A DNA stretch of 64,000 bases from Macrostomum hystrix (taxonomy: Eukaryota; Animalia; Platyhelminthes), in assembly GCA_950097015.1 (NCBI GenBank), contig CATNEN010000001.1:4464001-4528000 (forward strand), written 5' to 3'. A program made the position numbers and the translations under genes. Each line of letters starts with the position of its first letter. Position 1 is the stretch's first letter. A model generated the notes under the pieces. It was not told where the DNA came from. It ran no database searches and saw nothing but the letters and a program-made list of their open reading frames with translations. Below, piece by piece: positions 24,787 through 38,439 of the stretch.

Positions 24787-24910
24787 CCTGAGCACACACT
24801 CACACAGGTGTGTACATCTGCCCCGACTTTCTCATCGTCAGGCAGTGTGCACTCTCACTTGTGCCTTGGAGGTTGGCCCTTATATGGGCGTGAATTGCAC
24901 GACAAGCCCC
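24787..24910 (-). mobile_element. SINE family A internal fragment
   Basis: Matches 4570-4712 (cctgagcacac...gtgtacatctgccc...ttgcacgacaagcccc). Confidence 0.88.
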
Positions 24911-25029
24911 AGATAAATGTAGCCTCCTCCCCGTAGTATCCCGATACTTAATGTGTAAAACAAACCGAACAACTCCTATAACATACTATTTTTCCAGCTC
25001 CAAGCTCGCCAAATCCTTATACTCCTACT

Positions 25030-25272
25030 ATGAGTAGCAGTCGACAAACTCCAAGTGATTTTCTTAAACGAATTATCAATCGGCCGGTGGTTGTTAAACT
25101 CAATTCTGGCGTAGATTATCGCGGTGTTCTAGTCTGCCTTGACGGCTACATGAACATTGTCCTAGACCAGACTGAGGAATATGCCAACGGACAATTGAAA
25201 GCTAAATACGGGAGCGCGTTTATTCGCGGAAATAATGTTCTGTACATTAGTGCGCAGAAGAGGAAAGTTTAA
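25030..25272 (+). CDS. LSM6: U6 snRNA-associated Sm-like protein LSm6
   Basis: TPSDFLKRIINRPVVVKLNSGVDYRGVLVCLDGYMNIVLDQTEEYANGQLKAKYGSAFIRGNNVLYIS carries LSm6-type Sm1/Sm2 motifs. Intronless CDS; AATAAA near 25295 and 25392. Confidence 0.97.
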   Translation: MSSSRQTPSDFLKRIINRPVVVKLNSGVDYRGVLVCLDGYMNIVLDQTEEYANGQLKAKYGSAFIRGNNVLYISAQKRKV

Positions 25273-25679
25273 ATTCATAATTAATCCTGCCTAAAATAAA
25301 AGCACCATTCATTGACTAAACTAAACTATTTATTAACTTGCTTGTTTATTCTTAAATTGCATTTTGTTTGTCTAAATTGTTGTAATGTCGAAATAAAGTT
25401 GTGAAAAAAATGCTACAGGACAGAAACTTTATAAGTATGACATTTGATACATTAAGTAACTACGTGTAAATATTATCGGTGCTTTAAAAGAACGTTTTGT
25501 AATTTTTTGATTGAGTCTAGGTGACTCGAAAAGGGTGTTACGCATTACAAAGTTAATTTTTTTAAATTAGCTTTGAGATATTGTAGATGTCTGTCTAAGT
25601 CAAATATTTTATATTCGCTTCTTAAAGAATGCAATTTTTAATAAAGAATAGAATAGATAAAGCAAAGGAGAGAAATTTA

Positions 25680-26365
25680 TAGATACAGATAAGACAGTAG
25701 AGAGATAGAACTGGATAGAGATGAGACAGAAGATAGACAAAACTGAGTAGAGATACGACAGGAGACAGATAAAACTGGATAGAGATGAGATAAGAGAGAT
25801 AACATACGAGAGAGCAGACAGGATGGATAAACAAGCAGAGGATAGAAATTTATAGATACAGATAAGACAGTAGAGATAAAACTGGATAGAGATAAGACAT
25901 TAGAGAGATAAAACTAGATAAAGATTCGACATGAGAGAGATAAAACTCGATAGAGATAAGACAGTAGAGAGATAAAACTCGATAGAGATAAGACATGAGA
26001 GAAAACTGGATAGAGATAAGACAGTAGAGAGATAAAACTAGATAGAGATAAGACATGAGAGAAAACTGGATAGAGATGAGACATGAGAGAGATAAAACTC
26101 GATAGAGATAAGACATGAGAGATAAAACTCGATAGAGATAAGACATGAGAGATAAAACTGGATAGAGATAAGAAATGAGAGATAAAACTCGATAGAGATA
26201 AGACATGAGAGATAAAACTGGATAGAGATAAGAAATGAGAGATAAAACTCGATAGAGATAAGACATGAGAGAGATAAAACTCGATAGAGATAAGACATGA
26301 GAGAGATAAAACTCGATAGAGATGAGACATGAGAGAGATAAAACTCGATAGAGATAAGACATAAG
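25680..26365. repeat. 30/32-bp minisatellite (GAGAGATAAAACTCGATAGAGATAAGACAT)n
   Basis: Tandem array, degenerate at the left edge. Confidence 0.9.
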
Positions 26366-27149
26366 AGAGATAGGATAGGAATCGCAGGAGAGACACATGG
26401 AGTTTGCACTTGGGATAGAGAAGAAAGCTAATTAACTTGGCGCAGCTCATGCTCTGCTCAAAATTGTCATGTGATTCAGCAGCGAATTTATATTAGTTCT
26501 TATCTTCAAGTGTTTAGGATTGTCCACTTTTACTAGGCAATAATATAGTAAACAATGGAACGCCTGTTTAAAGAACAATTGATAAAATTACCAGCGCATA
26601 AACAGGCTGTTTATAGCTTTTGCGGGCAAAGATGCATAGACACATACTCAGTTAGAAGACAATAAACAAGTCCATTTAGCTGCTAATAGTCTTGGCTTGC
26701 TTTTCTTTAACAACTCTGTTTTCTACCTCAGATTACAGCTAGCGAATAACACTGCATATATACTCTAGTGCGCTCCAATAGCAAACAGACATGTTATTTT
26801 GTTTACGGCCTATATACTGTAGTTAAGTTTCTTTTTTTCATAGCATTTTCCGAGTAACAACGGGTGTCGTTGCATATGTCAATTGGCTAATTGTGTTAAA
26901 TCCACATAAGTCTATTCTCCTGTCAACATGGCCAAGAGCATATTTGTTTAGCTAGATCGAGTAAACATACCTGTAGGTTTATACTCTTGAATGGGTATGA
27001 GTTTTGCTTGTGCAATCCTAGGCTTTAGGACTTGAGTTGAGTTAAATTTCTCATGGGCAAATTTCTTTCTTTCATTGATTGTTACGTGCGACCATTATGA
27101 AAGCTTTTCTGATCTGAAATCTTCTGAATCTCGTTGAGAATAGTTTATC

Positions 27150-30100
27150 GATTTTTCTGAAACTCTACCTGAGTTTTCTGAATCTCTACCTGAGGTTTCT
27201 GAATCTCTACCTGAGTTTTCTCAATCTCTACCTGAGGTTTCTGAATCTCTACCTGACTATTTTCTCAATCTCTACCTGAGGTTTCTCAATTCTTACCTGA
27301 GTTTTCTCAATTCTTACCTGAGTTTTCTAAATCTCTACCTGAGTTTTCTGAATCTCCACCTGAGTTTTCTGAATCTCTACCTGAGGTTTCTGAATCTCTA
27401 CCTGAGTTTTCTCAATCTCTACCTGAGTTTTCTCAATCTCTACCTGAGTTTTCTCAATCTCCACCTGAGTTTTCTCAATCCCTACCTGAGGTTTCTGAAT
27501 CTCTACCTGAGTTTTCTCAATCTCTACCTGAGGTTTCTGAATCTCTACCTGAGTTTTCTCAATCTCTACCTGAGTTTTCTCAATCTCTACCTGAGGTTTC
27601 GGAATCTCTACCTGACTATTTTCTAAATTTCTACCTGAGTTTTCTCAATCTCCACCTGAGTTTTCTCAATCTCTACCTGAGGTTTCTGAATCTCTACCTG
27701 AGTTTTCTCAATCTCTACCTGAGTTTTCTCAATCTCTACCTCAGTTTTCTCAATCTCTACCTGAGGTTTCTCAATCTCTACCTGAGTTTTCTCAATCTCC
27801 ACCTGAGTTTTCTCAATCCCTACCTGAGGTTTCTGAATCTCTACCTGAGTTTTCTCAATCTCTACCTGAGGTTTCTGAATCTCTACCTGACTATTTTCTA
27901 AATCTCTACCTGAGTTTTCTCAATCTCTACCTGAGGTTTCTCAATTCTTACCTGAGTTTTCTCAATTCTTACCTGAGTTTTCTAAATCTCTACCTGAGTT
28001 TTCTCAATCTCCACCTGAGTTTTCTAAATCTCTACCTGAGGTTTCTGAATCTCTACCTGAGGTTTCTGAATCTCTACCTGAGTTTTCTCAATCTCCACCT
28101 GAGTTTTCTGAATCTCTACCTGAGGTTTCTGAATCTCTACCTGAGTTTTCTGAATCTCCACCTGAGTTTTCTGAATCTCTACCTGAGGTTTCTGAATCTC
28201 TACCTGAGTTTTCTCAATCTCTACCTGAGTTTTCTCAATCTCTACCTGAGGTTTCGGAATCTCTACCTGACTATTTTCTAAATTTCTACCTGAGTTTTCT
28301 CAATCTCCACCTGAGTTTTCTCAATCTCTACCTGAGGTTTCTGAATCTCTACCTGAGTTTTCTCAATCTCTACCTGAGTTTTCTCAATCTCTACCTCAGT
28401 TTTCTCAATCTCTACCTGAGGTTTCTAAATCTCTACCTGAGGTTTCTGAATCTCTACCTGAGGTTTCTGAATCTCTACCTGAGTTTTCTCAATCTCCACC
28501 TGAGTTTTCTCAATCTCTACCTGAGGTTTCTCAATCTCTACCTGAGTTTTCTCAATCTCTACCTGAGTTTTCTCAATCTCTACCTGAGGTTTCGGAATCT
28601 CTACCTGACTATTTTCTAAATTTCTACCTGAGTTTTCTCAATCTCCACCTGAGTTTTCTCAATCTCTACCTGAGGTTTCTGAATCTCTACCTGAGTTTTC
28701 TCAATCTCTACCTGAGTTTTCTCAATCTCTACCTCAGTTTTCTCAATCTCTACCTGAGGTTTCTGAATCTCTACCTGAGGTTTCTGAATCTCTACCTGAG
28801 TTTTCTCAATCTCTACCTGAGTTTTCTCAATCTCTAACTGAGGTTTCTGAATCTCTACCTGAGTTTTATCAATCTCTACCTCAGTTTTCTCAATCTCTAC
28901 CTCAGTTTTCTCAATCTCTACCTGAGGTTTCTGAATCTCTACCTGAGGTTTCTGAATCTCTACCTGAGTTAGATTTCTCAATCTCCACCTGAGTTTTCTC
29001 AATCTCCACCTGAGGTTTCTGAATCTCTACCTGAGTTTTCTCAATCTCCACCTGAGTTTTCTCAATCCCTACCTGAGGTTTCTGAATCTCTACCTGAGTT
29101 TTCTCAATCTCTACCTGAGTTTTCTCAATCTCTACCTGAGTTTTCTCAATCTCTACCTGAGTTTTCTCAATCTCCACCTGAGTTTTCTAAATCTCTACCT
29201 GAGGTTTCTGAATCTCTACCTGAGGTTTCTGAATCTCTACCTGAGTTTTCTCAATCTCCACCTGAGTTTTCTGAATCTCTACCTGAGGTTTCTGAATCTC
29301 TACCTGAGTTTTCTGAATCTCCACCTGAGTTTTCTGAATCTCTACCTGAGGTTTCTGAATCTCTACCTGAGTTTTCTCAATCTCTACCTGAGTTTTCTCA
29401 ATCTCTACCTGAGGTTTCGGAATCTCTACCTGACTATTTTCTAAATTTCTACCTGAGTTTTCTCAATCTCCACCTGAGTTTTCTCAATCTCTACCTGAGG
29501 TTTCTGAATCTCTACCTGAGTTTTCTCAATCTCTACCTGAGTTTTCTCAATCTCTACCTCAGTTTTCTCAATCTCCACCTGAGTTTTCTAAATCTCTACC
29601 TGAGGTTTCTGAATCTCTACCTGAGGTTTCTGAATCTCTACCTGAGTTTTCTCAATCTCCACCTGAGTTTTCTCAATCTCTACCTGAGGTTTCTAAATCT
29701 CTACCTGAGTTTTCTCAATCTCTACCTGAGTTTTCTCAATCCCTACCTGAGGTTTCGGAATCTCTACCTGACTATTTTCTAAATTTCTACCTGAGTTTTC
29801 TCAATCTCCACCTGAGTTTTCTCAATCTCTACCTGAGGTTTCTGAATCTCTACCTGAGTTTTCTCAATCTCTACCTGAGTTTTCTCAATCTCTACCTCAG
29901 TTTTCTCAATCTCTACCTGAGGTTTCTGAATCTCTACCTGAGGTTTCTGAATCTCTACCTGAGTTTTCTCAATCTCTACCTGAGTTTTCTCAATCTCTAC
30001 CTGAGGTTTCTGAATCTCTACCTGAGTTTTATCAATCTCTACCTGAGTTTTCTCAATCTCTACCTGAGGTTTCTGAATCTCTACCTGAGTTTTATCAATC

Positions 30101-33100
30101 TCTACCTCAGTTTTCTCAATCTCTACCTGAGGTTTCTGAATCTCTACCTGAGGTTTCTGAATCTCTACCTGAGTTAGTTTTCTCAATCTCCACCTGAGTT
30201 TTCTCAATCTCCACCTGAGTTTTGTCAATCTCCACCTGAGTTTTCTCAATCTCCACCTGAGTTTTCTCAATCCCTACCTGAGGTTTCTGAATCTCTACCT
30301 GAGTTTTCTCAATCTCTACCTGAGTTTTCTCAATCTCTACCTGAGTTTTCTCAATCTCTACCTGAGTTTTCTCAATCTCTACCTGAGGTTTCTGAATCTC
30401 TACCTGAGGTTTCTGAATCTCTACCTGAGTTTTCTCAATCTCCACCTGAGTTTTCTGAATCTCTACCTGAGGTTTCTGAATCTCTACCTGAGTTTTCTGA
30501 ATCTCCACCTGAGTTTTCTGAATCTCTACCTGAGGTTTCTGAATCTCTACCTGAGTTTTCTCAATCTCTACCTGAGTTTTCTCAATCTCTACCTGAGGTT
30601 TCGGAATCTCTACCTGACTATTTTCTAAATTTCTACCTGAGTTTTCTCAATCTCCACCTGAGTTTTCTCAATCTCTACCTGAGGTTTCTGAATCTCTACC
30701 TGAGTTTTCTCAATCTCTACCTGAGTTTTCTCAATCTCTACCTCAGTTTTCTCAATCTCCACCTGAGTTTTCTAAATCTCTACCTGAGGTTTCTGAATCT
30801 CTACCTGAGGTTTCTGAATCTCTACCTGAGTTTTCTCAATCTCCACCTGAGTTTTCTCAATCTCTACCTGAGGTTTCTAAATCTCTACCTGAGTTTTCTC
30901 AATCTCTACCTGAGTTTTCTCAATCCCTACCTGAGGTTTCGGAATCTCTACCTGACTATTTTCTAAATTTCTACCTGAGTTTTCTCAATCTCCACCTGAG
31001 TTTTCTCAATCTCTACCTGAGGTTTCTGAATCTCTACCTGAGTTTTCTCAATCTCTACCTGAGTTTTCTCAATCTCTACCTCAGTTTTCTCAATCTCTAC
31101 CTGAGGTTTCTGAATCTCTACCTGAGGTTTCTGAATCTCTACCTGAGTTTTCTCAATCTCTACCTGAGTTTTCTCAATCTCTACCTGAGGTTTCTGAATC
31201 TCTACCTGAGTTTTATCAATCTCTACCTGAGTTTTCTCAATCTCTACCTGAGGTTTCTGAATCTCTACCTGAGTTTTATCAATCTCTACCTCAGTTTTCT
31301 CAATCTCTACCTGAGGTTTCTGAATCTCTACCTGAGGTTTCTGAATCTCTACCTGAGTTAGTTTTCTCAATCTCCACCTGAGTTTTCTCAATCTCCACCT
31401 GAGTTTTGTCAATCTCCACCTGAGTTTTCTCAATCTCCACCTGAGTTTTCTCAATCCCTACCTGAGGTTTCTGAATCTCTACCTGAGTTTTCTCAATCTC
31501 TACCTGAGTTTTCTCAATCTCTACCTGAGTTTTCTCAATCTCTACCTGAGTTTTCTCAATCTCTACCTGAGGTTTCTGAATCTCTACCTGAGGTTTCTGA
31601 ATCTCTACCTGACTATTTTCTAAATCTCTACCTGAGTTTTCTCAATCTCTACCTGAGGTTTCTCAATTCTTACCTGAGTTTTCTCAATCTCCACCTGAGT
31701 TTTCTCAATCTCCACCTGAGTTTTCTCAATCTCCACCTGAGTTTTCTCAATCCCTACCTGAGGTTTCTGAATCTCTACCTGAGTTTTCTCAATCTCTACC
31801 TGAGTTTTCTCAATCTCTACCTGAGTTTTCTCAATCTCTACCTGAGTTTTCTCAATCTCCACCTGAGTTTTCTAAATCTCTACCTGAGGTTTCTGAATCT
31901 CTACCTGACTATTTTCTAAATCTCTACCTGAGTTTTCTCAATCTCTACCTCAGTTTTCTCAATCTCTACCTGAGGTTTCTGAATCTCTACCTGAGGTTTC
32001 TGAATCTCTACCTGAGTTTTCTCAATCTCCACCTGAGTTTTCTCAATCTCTACCTGAGGTTTCTGAATCTCTACCTGAGTTTTATCAATCTCTACCTCAG
32101 TTTTCTCAATCTCTACCTCAGTTTTCTCAATCTCTACCTGAGGTTTCTGAATCTCTACCTGAGGTTTGTGAATCTCTACCTGAGTTAGTTTTCTCAATCT
32201 CCACCTGAGTTTTCTCAATCTCTACCTGAGGTTTCTGAATCTCTACCTGAGATTTCTGAATCTCTACCTGACTATTTTCTAAATCTCTACCTGAGTTTTC
32301 TCAATCTCTACCTGAGGTTTCTCAATTCTTACCTGAGTTTTCTCAATCTCCACCTGAGTTTTCTCAATCTCCACCTGAGTTTTCTCAATCTCCACCTGAG
32401 TTTTCTCAATCCCTACCTGAGGTTTCTGAATCTCTACCTGAGTTTTCTCAATCTCTACCTGAGTTTTATCAATCTCTACCTCAGTTTTATCAATCTCTAC
32501 CTCAGTTTTCTCAATCTCTACCTGAGGTTTCTGAATCTCTACCTGAGGTTTCTGAATCTCTACCTGAGTTAGTTTTCTCAATCTCCACCTGAGTTTTCTC
32601 AATCTCCACCTGAGTTTTGTCAATCTCCACCTGAGTTTTCTCAATCTCCACCTGAGTTTTCTCAATCCCTACCTGAGGTTTCTGAATCTCTACCTGAGTT
32701 TTCTCAATCTCTACCTGAGTTTTCTCAATCTCTACCTGAGTTTTCTCAATCTCTACCTGAGTTTTCTCAATCTCTACCTGAGGTTTCTGAATCTCTACCT
32801 GAGGTTTCTGAATCTCTACCTGAGTTTTCTCAATCTCCACCTGAGTTTTCTGAATCTCTACCTGAGGTTTCTGAATCTCTACCTGAGTTTTCTGAATCTC
32901 CACCTGAGTTTTCTGAATCTCTACCTGAGGTTTCTGAATCTCTACCTGAGTTTTCTCAATCTCTACCTGAGTTTTCTCAATCTCTACCTGAGGTTTCGGA
33001 ATCTCTACCTGACTATTTTCTAAATTTCTACCTGAGTTTTCTCAATCTCCACCTGAGTTTTCTCAATCTCTACCTGAGGTTTCTGAATCTCTACCTGAGT

Positions 33101-35185
33101 TTTCTCAATCTCTACCTGAGTTTTCTCAATCTCTACCTCAGTTTTCTCAATCTCCACCTGAGTTTTCTAAATCTCTACCTGAGGTTTCTGAATCTCTACC
33201 TGAGGTTTCTGAATCTCTACCTGAGTTTTCTCAATCTCCACCTGAGTTTTCTCAATCTCTACCTGAGGTTTCTAAATCTCTACCTGAGTTTTCTCAATCT
33301 CTACCTGAGTTTTCTCAATCCCTACCTGAGGTTTCGGAATCTCTACCTGACTATTTTCTAAATTTCTACCTGAGTTTTCTCAATCTCCACCTGAGTTTTC
33401 TCAATCTCTACCTGAGGTTTCTGAATCTCTACCTGAGTTTTCTCAATCTCTACCTGAGTTTTCTCAATCTCTACCTCAGTTTTCTCAATCTCTACCTGAG
33501 GTTTCTGAATCTCTACCTGAGGTTTCTGAATCTCTACCTGAGTTTTCTCAATCTCTACCTGAGTTTTCTCAATCTCTACCTGAGGTTTCTGAATCTCTAC
33601 CTGAGTTTTATCAATCTCTACCTGAGTTTTCTCAATCTCTACCTGAGGTTTCTGAATCTCTACCTGAGTTTTATCAATCTCTACCTCAGTTTTCTCAATC
33701 TCTACCTGAGGTTTCTGAATCTCTACCTGAGGTTTCTGAATCTCTACCTGAGTTAGTTTTCTCAATCTCCACCTGAGTTTTCTCAATCTCCACCTGAGTT
33801 TTGTCAATCTCCACCTGAGTTTTCTCAATCTCCACCTGAGTTTTCTCAATCCCTACCTGAGGTTTCTGAATCTCTACCTGAGTTTTCTCAATCTCTACCT
33901 GAGTTTTCTCAATCTCTACCTGAGTTTTCTCAATCTCTACCTGAGTTTTCTCAATCTCTACCTGAGGTTTCTGAATCTCTACCTGAGGTTTCTGAATCTC
34001 TACCTGACTATTTTCTAAATCTCTACCTGAGTTTTCTCAATCTCTACCTGAGGTTTCTCAATTCTTACCTGAGTTTTCTCAATCTCCACCTGAGTTTTCT
34101 CAATCTCCACCTGAGTTTTCTCAATCTCCACCTGAGTTTTCTCAATCCCTACCTGAGGTTTCTGAATCTCTACCTGAGTTTTCTCAATCTCTACCTGAGT
34201 TTTCTCAATCTCTACCTGAGTTTTCTCAATCTCTACCTGAGTTTTCTCAATCTCCACCTGAGTTTTCTAAATCTCTACCTGAGGTTTCTGAATCTCTACC
34301 TGACTATTTTCTAAATCTCTACCTGAGTTTTCTCAATCTCTACCTCAGTTTTCTCAATCTCTACCTGAGGTTTCTGAATCTCTACCTGAGGTTTCTGAAT
34401 CTCTACCTGAGTTTTCTCAATCTCCACCTGAGTTTTCTCAATCTCTACCTGAGGTTTCTGAATCTCTACCTGAGTTTTATCAATCTCTACCTCAGTTTTC
34501 TCAATCTCTACCTCAGTTTTCTCAATCTCTACCTGAGGTTTCTGAATCTCTACCTGAGGTTTGTGAATCTCTACCTGAGTTAGTTTTCTCAATCTCCACC
34601 TGAGTTTTCTCAATCTCTACCTGAGGTTTCTGAATCTCTACCTGAGATTTCTGAATCTCTACCTGACTATTTTCTAAATCTCTACCTGAGTTTTCTCAAT
34701 CTCTACCTGAGGTTTCTCAATTCTTACCTGAGTTTTCTCAATCTCCACCTGAGTTTTCTCAATCTCCACCTGAGTTTTCTCAATCTCCACCTGAGTTTTC
34801 TCAATCCCTACCTGAGGTTTCTGAATCTCTACCTGAGTTTTCTCAATCTCTACCTGAGTTTTCTCAATCTCTACCTGAGGTTTCTGAATCTCTACCTGAG
34901 GTTTCTGAATCTCTACCTGAGGTTTCTGAATCTCTACCTGAGGTTTCTGAATCTCTACCTGACTATTTTCTAAATCTCTACCTGAGTTTTCTCAATCTCT
35001 ACCTCAGTTTTCTCAATCTCTACCTGAGGTTTCTGAATCTCTACCTGAGGTTTCTGAATCTCTACCTGAGTTTTCTCAATCTCCACCTGAGTTTTCTCAA
35101 TCTCTACCTGAGGTTTCTGAATCTCTACCTGAGTATTCTGAATCTCCATATACACTTTGTAAATTATCCGAATCTTTACCTGAGC
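27150..35185. repeat. 8-kb 21-bp satellite (CTCTACCTGAGTTTTCTCAAT / CTCTACCTGAGGTTTCTGAAT)n with higher-order repeats
   Basis: Several hundred units; identical ORF translations recur at offsets 2395 and 1184. Confidence 0.98.
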
Positions 35186-35596
35186 TTTAAAACCTCATTT
35201 AAAAATAAAAGTACTAAATCTCCTTACAGTCTGAAAATTACCGCTGAAATTTTCTCTCACATCTTTTGCACATCTGTCACAGTTTGGCCCAAAAAGCTTT
35301 CGAATGGTTATTTAACTGGCACAGGTTAAATATGAAATTCTTGAGACACCCCCAACCCCAAGTGAAAATTCTTCTCTCGCAATTAATTGAATTCTCGTCT
35401 TCTTATTCAATGGCCACTAAAAAATACGAGGCAAAAACTGCAATAACACTGGCCTTCCATCCAGTGCTAGCCTGGGCCACTTGACAAAAACTCGCGGAAA
35501 GAACATATAAAATCTAACGCACACAATGCAGGCACTATAGGGTATAGAGTTTGTCCAAGCACCAAGACAGATAAGAGAAATCTTTTAGGAGCAGCA

Positions 35597-35995
35597 ATGT
35601 CTACAGACATTCACGAGCATCAGCATCAGCAGCAGCAGCAGCAGTTTCTGCAGCTGCCCAGGGCGTCGATGAATATAGTGGACCGACGCGGCTCCATAGA
35701 ATCGGCCTATTATTCCATCTACAGCGATGGTGACAGGCGCGGCTCCTGGCAGGACGGCGAGGTCGAATTGTCAGATAGCTCCGCCAGCTGCATCCGTCGG
35801 ACATTGTCTGGCTCGGTGCTGTGCGAACAATGCGAGTCAAGACGATTTCGGCCTACGGATCGGAGTCCGTTTCACACCAGGTCGCATGCCGAGGTGGTCA
35901 TGGCGGAGTTCGCTAGTCTTTCTGGCGAGAGGGCTATTGCTGCTGCTGCTGCCGCTGCTGCTACTTCTAAGGGTGGCTCTACGGCTGGCCTACAG
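35597..35995 (+). CDS. Uncharacterised disordered S/A/P-rich protein, coding exon 1
   Basis: Acceptor tcttttAG 8 nt before the ATG; donor CAG|GTTGGT, phase 0; GC-rich coding composition with polyQ, polyA and RRGS motifs. Confidence 0.75.
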
Positions 35996-36059
35996 GTTGG
36001 TTTTTTGATAAGTGTCGAATTTCGATTTGGGTTCACAGAAAGAGGATTAGGTAGATTAG

Positions 36060-36680
36060 AGGGATAAAGTAGACACGGTAGAGTGAGGAAAGTAGACGAT
36101 AGATTAGGAAAGTAGACAGGGTAGATTAAGGAAAGTAGACTGGGTAGATTATGGAAAGTATACAGAGAATATTGAAGAAAGTAGACAGGGTAGATCGAGG
36201 GAACTAGACAAGAGTAGACTAGGTTGATTATGGAAAGTAGACTGAGTAGATTGAGGAAAGCAGACTGAGTAGATTGAGGGAAGTAGACAGAGTAGATTGA
36301 AGAAAGTAGACTGAGTAGATCGAGGGAAGTAGACGGTAGATTGAGGAAAGTAGACTGTGTAGATTGAGGAAAGTAGACTGTGTAGATTGAGGAAAGTAGA
36401 CTGAGTAGATCGAGGGAAGTAGACAGGGTAGATTGAGGGAAGTAGACAGGGTAGATTGAAGAAAGTAGACTGAGTAGATCGAGGGAAGTAGACAGGGTAG
36501 ATTGAGGGAAGTAGACAGAGTAGATTGAGGAAAGTAGACTGAGTAGATTGAGGGAAGTAGACAGGGTAGATTGAAGAAAGTAGACTGAGTAGATCGAGGG
36601 AAGTAGAGAGAGTAGATCGAGGGAAGTAGACAGAGTAGATCGAGGGAAGTAGACTGAGTAGATTGATAAAAGAAGACAGG
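36060..36680. repeat. 23-bp minisatellite (GAGGAAAGTAGACTGAGTAGATT)n, intronic
   Basis: Period 23 (36241 vs 36264). Confidence 0.92.
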
Positions 36681-37125
36681 TCAGAGGGAGGTAGTTAAAC
36701 TAGTAGTTTAAATGCCAAAATGAACATCAAGTTGCAATTTAACAGAAAAAACAGGTTGAAATGTATTCAATTTTATTTTAATGAATAATATAATCTGCGC
36801 AGTAAGCTACTGAGATTGCAACTATAGCTTTAATAGGAAGTGCTTTTGATTGAGGCTGCACAATTTGTCCTCCTTAGACCTTTGTTGAATACAATATTGC
36901 AATTCAAAGCCATTGCTTCCTGCATAAAAAATGTCCATTGTATGCTAGATTATATGTTTTAGCCAGATGGACAGAATATAAAAGCTTAAATGTATGACGA
37001 TCAAAGTTTGATAAAAATAAACATTGGAAGCACTTTAAATCCCCTAGATTAACGTATTTTTAAGCTCGCTTAACTCTGGATTAACTAAGGTTTGTATACT
37101 GCCTTTAGCTTACTGGGTTTTTTAG

Positions 37126-37660
37126 TTTTACCTGAGGGATTCACAATTTACCTGAGGGATTCAAAATTTACCTGAGGGATTCACAATTTACCTGAGGGAT
37201 TCACAATTTACATGAGGGATTTACAATTTACCTGAGGGATTCAAAATTTACCTGAGGGATTCACAATTTACCTGAGTGATCTACAATTTACCTGAGGGAT
37301 TCAAAATTTACCTGAGGGATTCACAACTTACCTGAGGGATTTTCAATTTAACTGAGGGATTCACAATTTACCTGAGGGATTCACAATTTACCTGAGGGAT
37401 TTACAATTTACCTGAGGGATTTACAATTTACCTGAGGGAATCACAATTTACCTGAGGGATTTACAATTTACCTGAGAGATTCAACATTTACCTGAGGGAT
37501 TCAAAATTTACCTGAGGGATTCACAATTTACGTGAGGGATTTTCAATTTACCTGAGGGATTCAAAATTTACCTGAGGGATTTTCAATTTACCTGAGGGAT
37601 TCAAAATTTACCTGAGGGATTCACAATTTACCTGAGGGATTCACAATTACCGAAGGGATT
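37126..37660. repeat. 20-bp minisatellite (TTTACCTGAGGGATTCACAA)n, intronic
   Basis: Exact 20-bp register across the array. Confidence 0.96.
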
Positions 37661-37732
37661 TTTAGCCACCTACCCTGAGCGACTCCAAAGTTCCTGAAGA
37701 TCATTCGTTCACCACCTTTTATCCCAACGCAG

Positions 37733-38419
37733 ATGACAGCACAGGCGACATCGTCAACAGTTCCGAAGACGCCGACCCTCCTACTGCCAGCCGCGGCTCT
37801 GTCTCCGCCGCTGCATTCGCATCATCTGCCGCCACCGCTGTCACCGTCCGCATCCGTTGATCCGTTGCCGCCTCTAGCCGAAGAAGCCGACCAGCAGGCG
37901 GACGGTCAGGGAGGCGACGAGGTCGACGATGGCCGCATTGGCATCGCTGGCCGATTGAACACGGTGTCGGGTTGCGACCTTCGCCGACGAAGAAAATTGA
38001 GCACTACTCAGCCGGACCCGATGTCATCGACAACTTCGCAGGTTTCAACGGCTGCTGAGTCGTCGGCCGCAGCGGACGCCGATGGTGGCGTAGGAAAGCG
38101 AAAATTCTCTCTGGACGCGAGCACGCTGACAACGCCGAGCTGGTCCAGCCGATCAACGCAGCTTGTTCGAAGGACGTCGACTTCTTCATCGTCGGCGGCG
38201 GCGGCAGCTGGCGGCGGTCTGTTCCGACTGTTCCATCAGGAGACGACGCCGGAGCAGCTGGCCATGTTCAACAAAAGCCGCAGAAGCAGTTCCAAATCAA
38301 CGCTTGTCGGCGACGAACAAGATGAAACTGGGAGTCAGACTGCGCAGCCCGACCAGAATCCCAGTCGACTGTTTCGGAGATTTCAGTCGACTGACGATGA
38401 TTACTTTGTGGCTTTGAAG
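37733..38419 (+). CDS. Uncharacterised disordered protein, coding exon 2
   Basis: cccaacgcAG|37733 phase 0; donor AAG|GTGAGG phase 0; 229 codons. Confidence 0.8.
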
Positions 38420-38439
38420 GTGAGGAAGTGGAGAAATGA

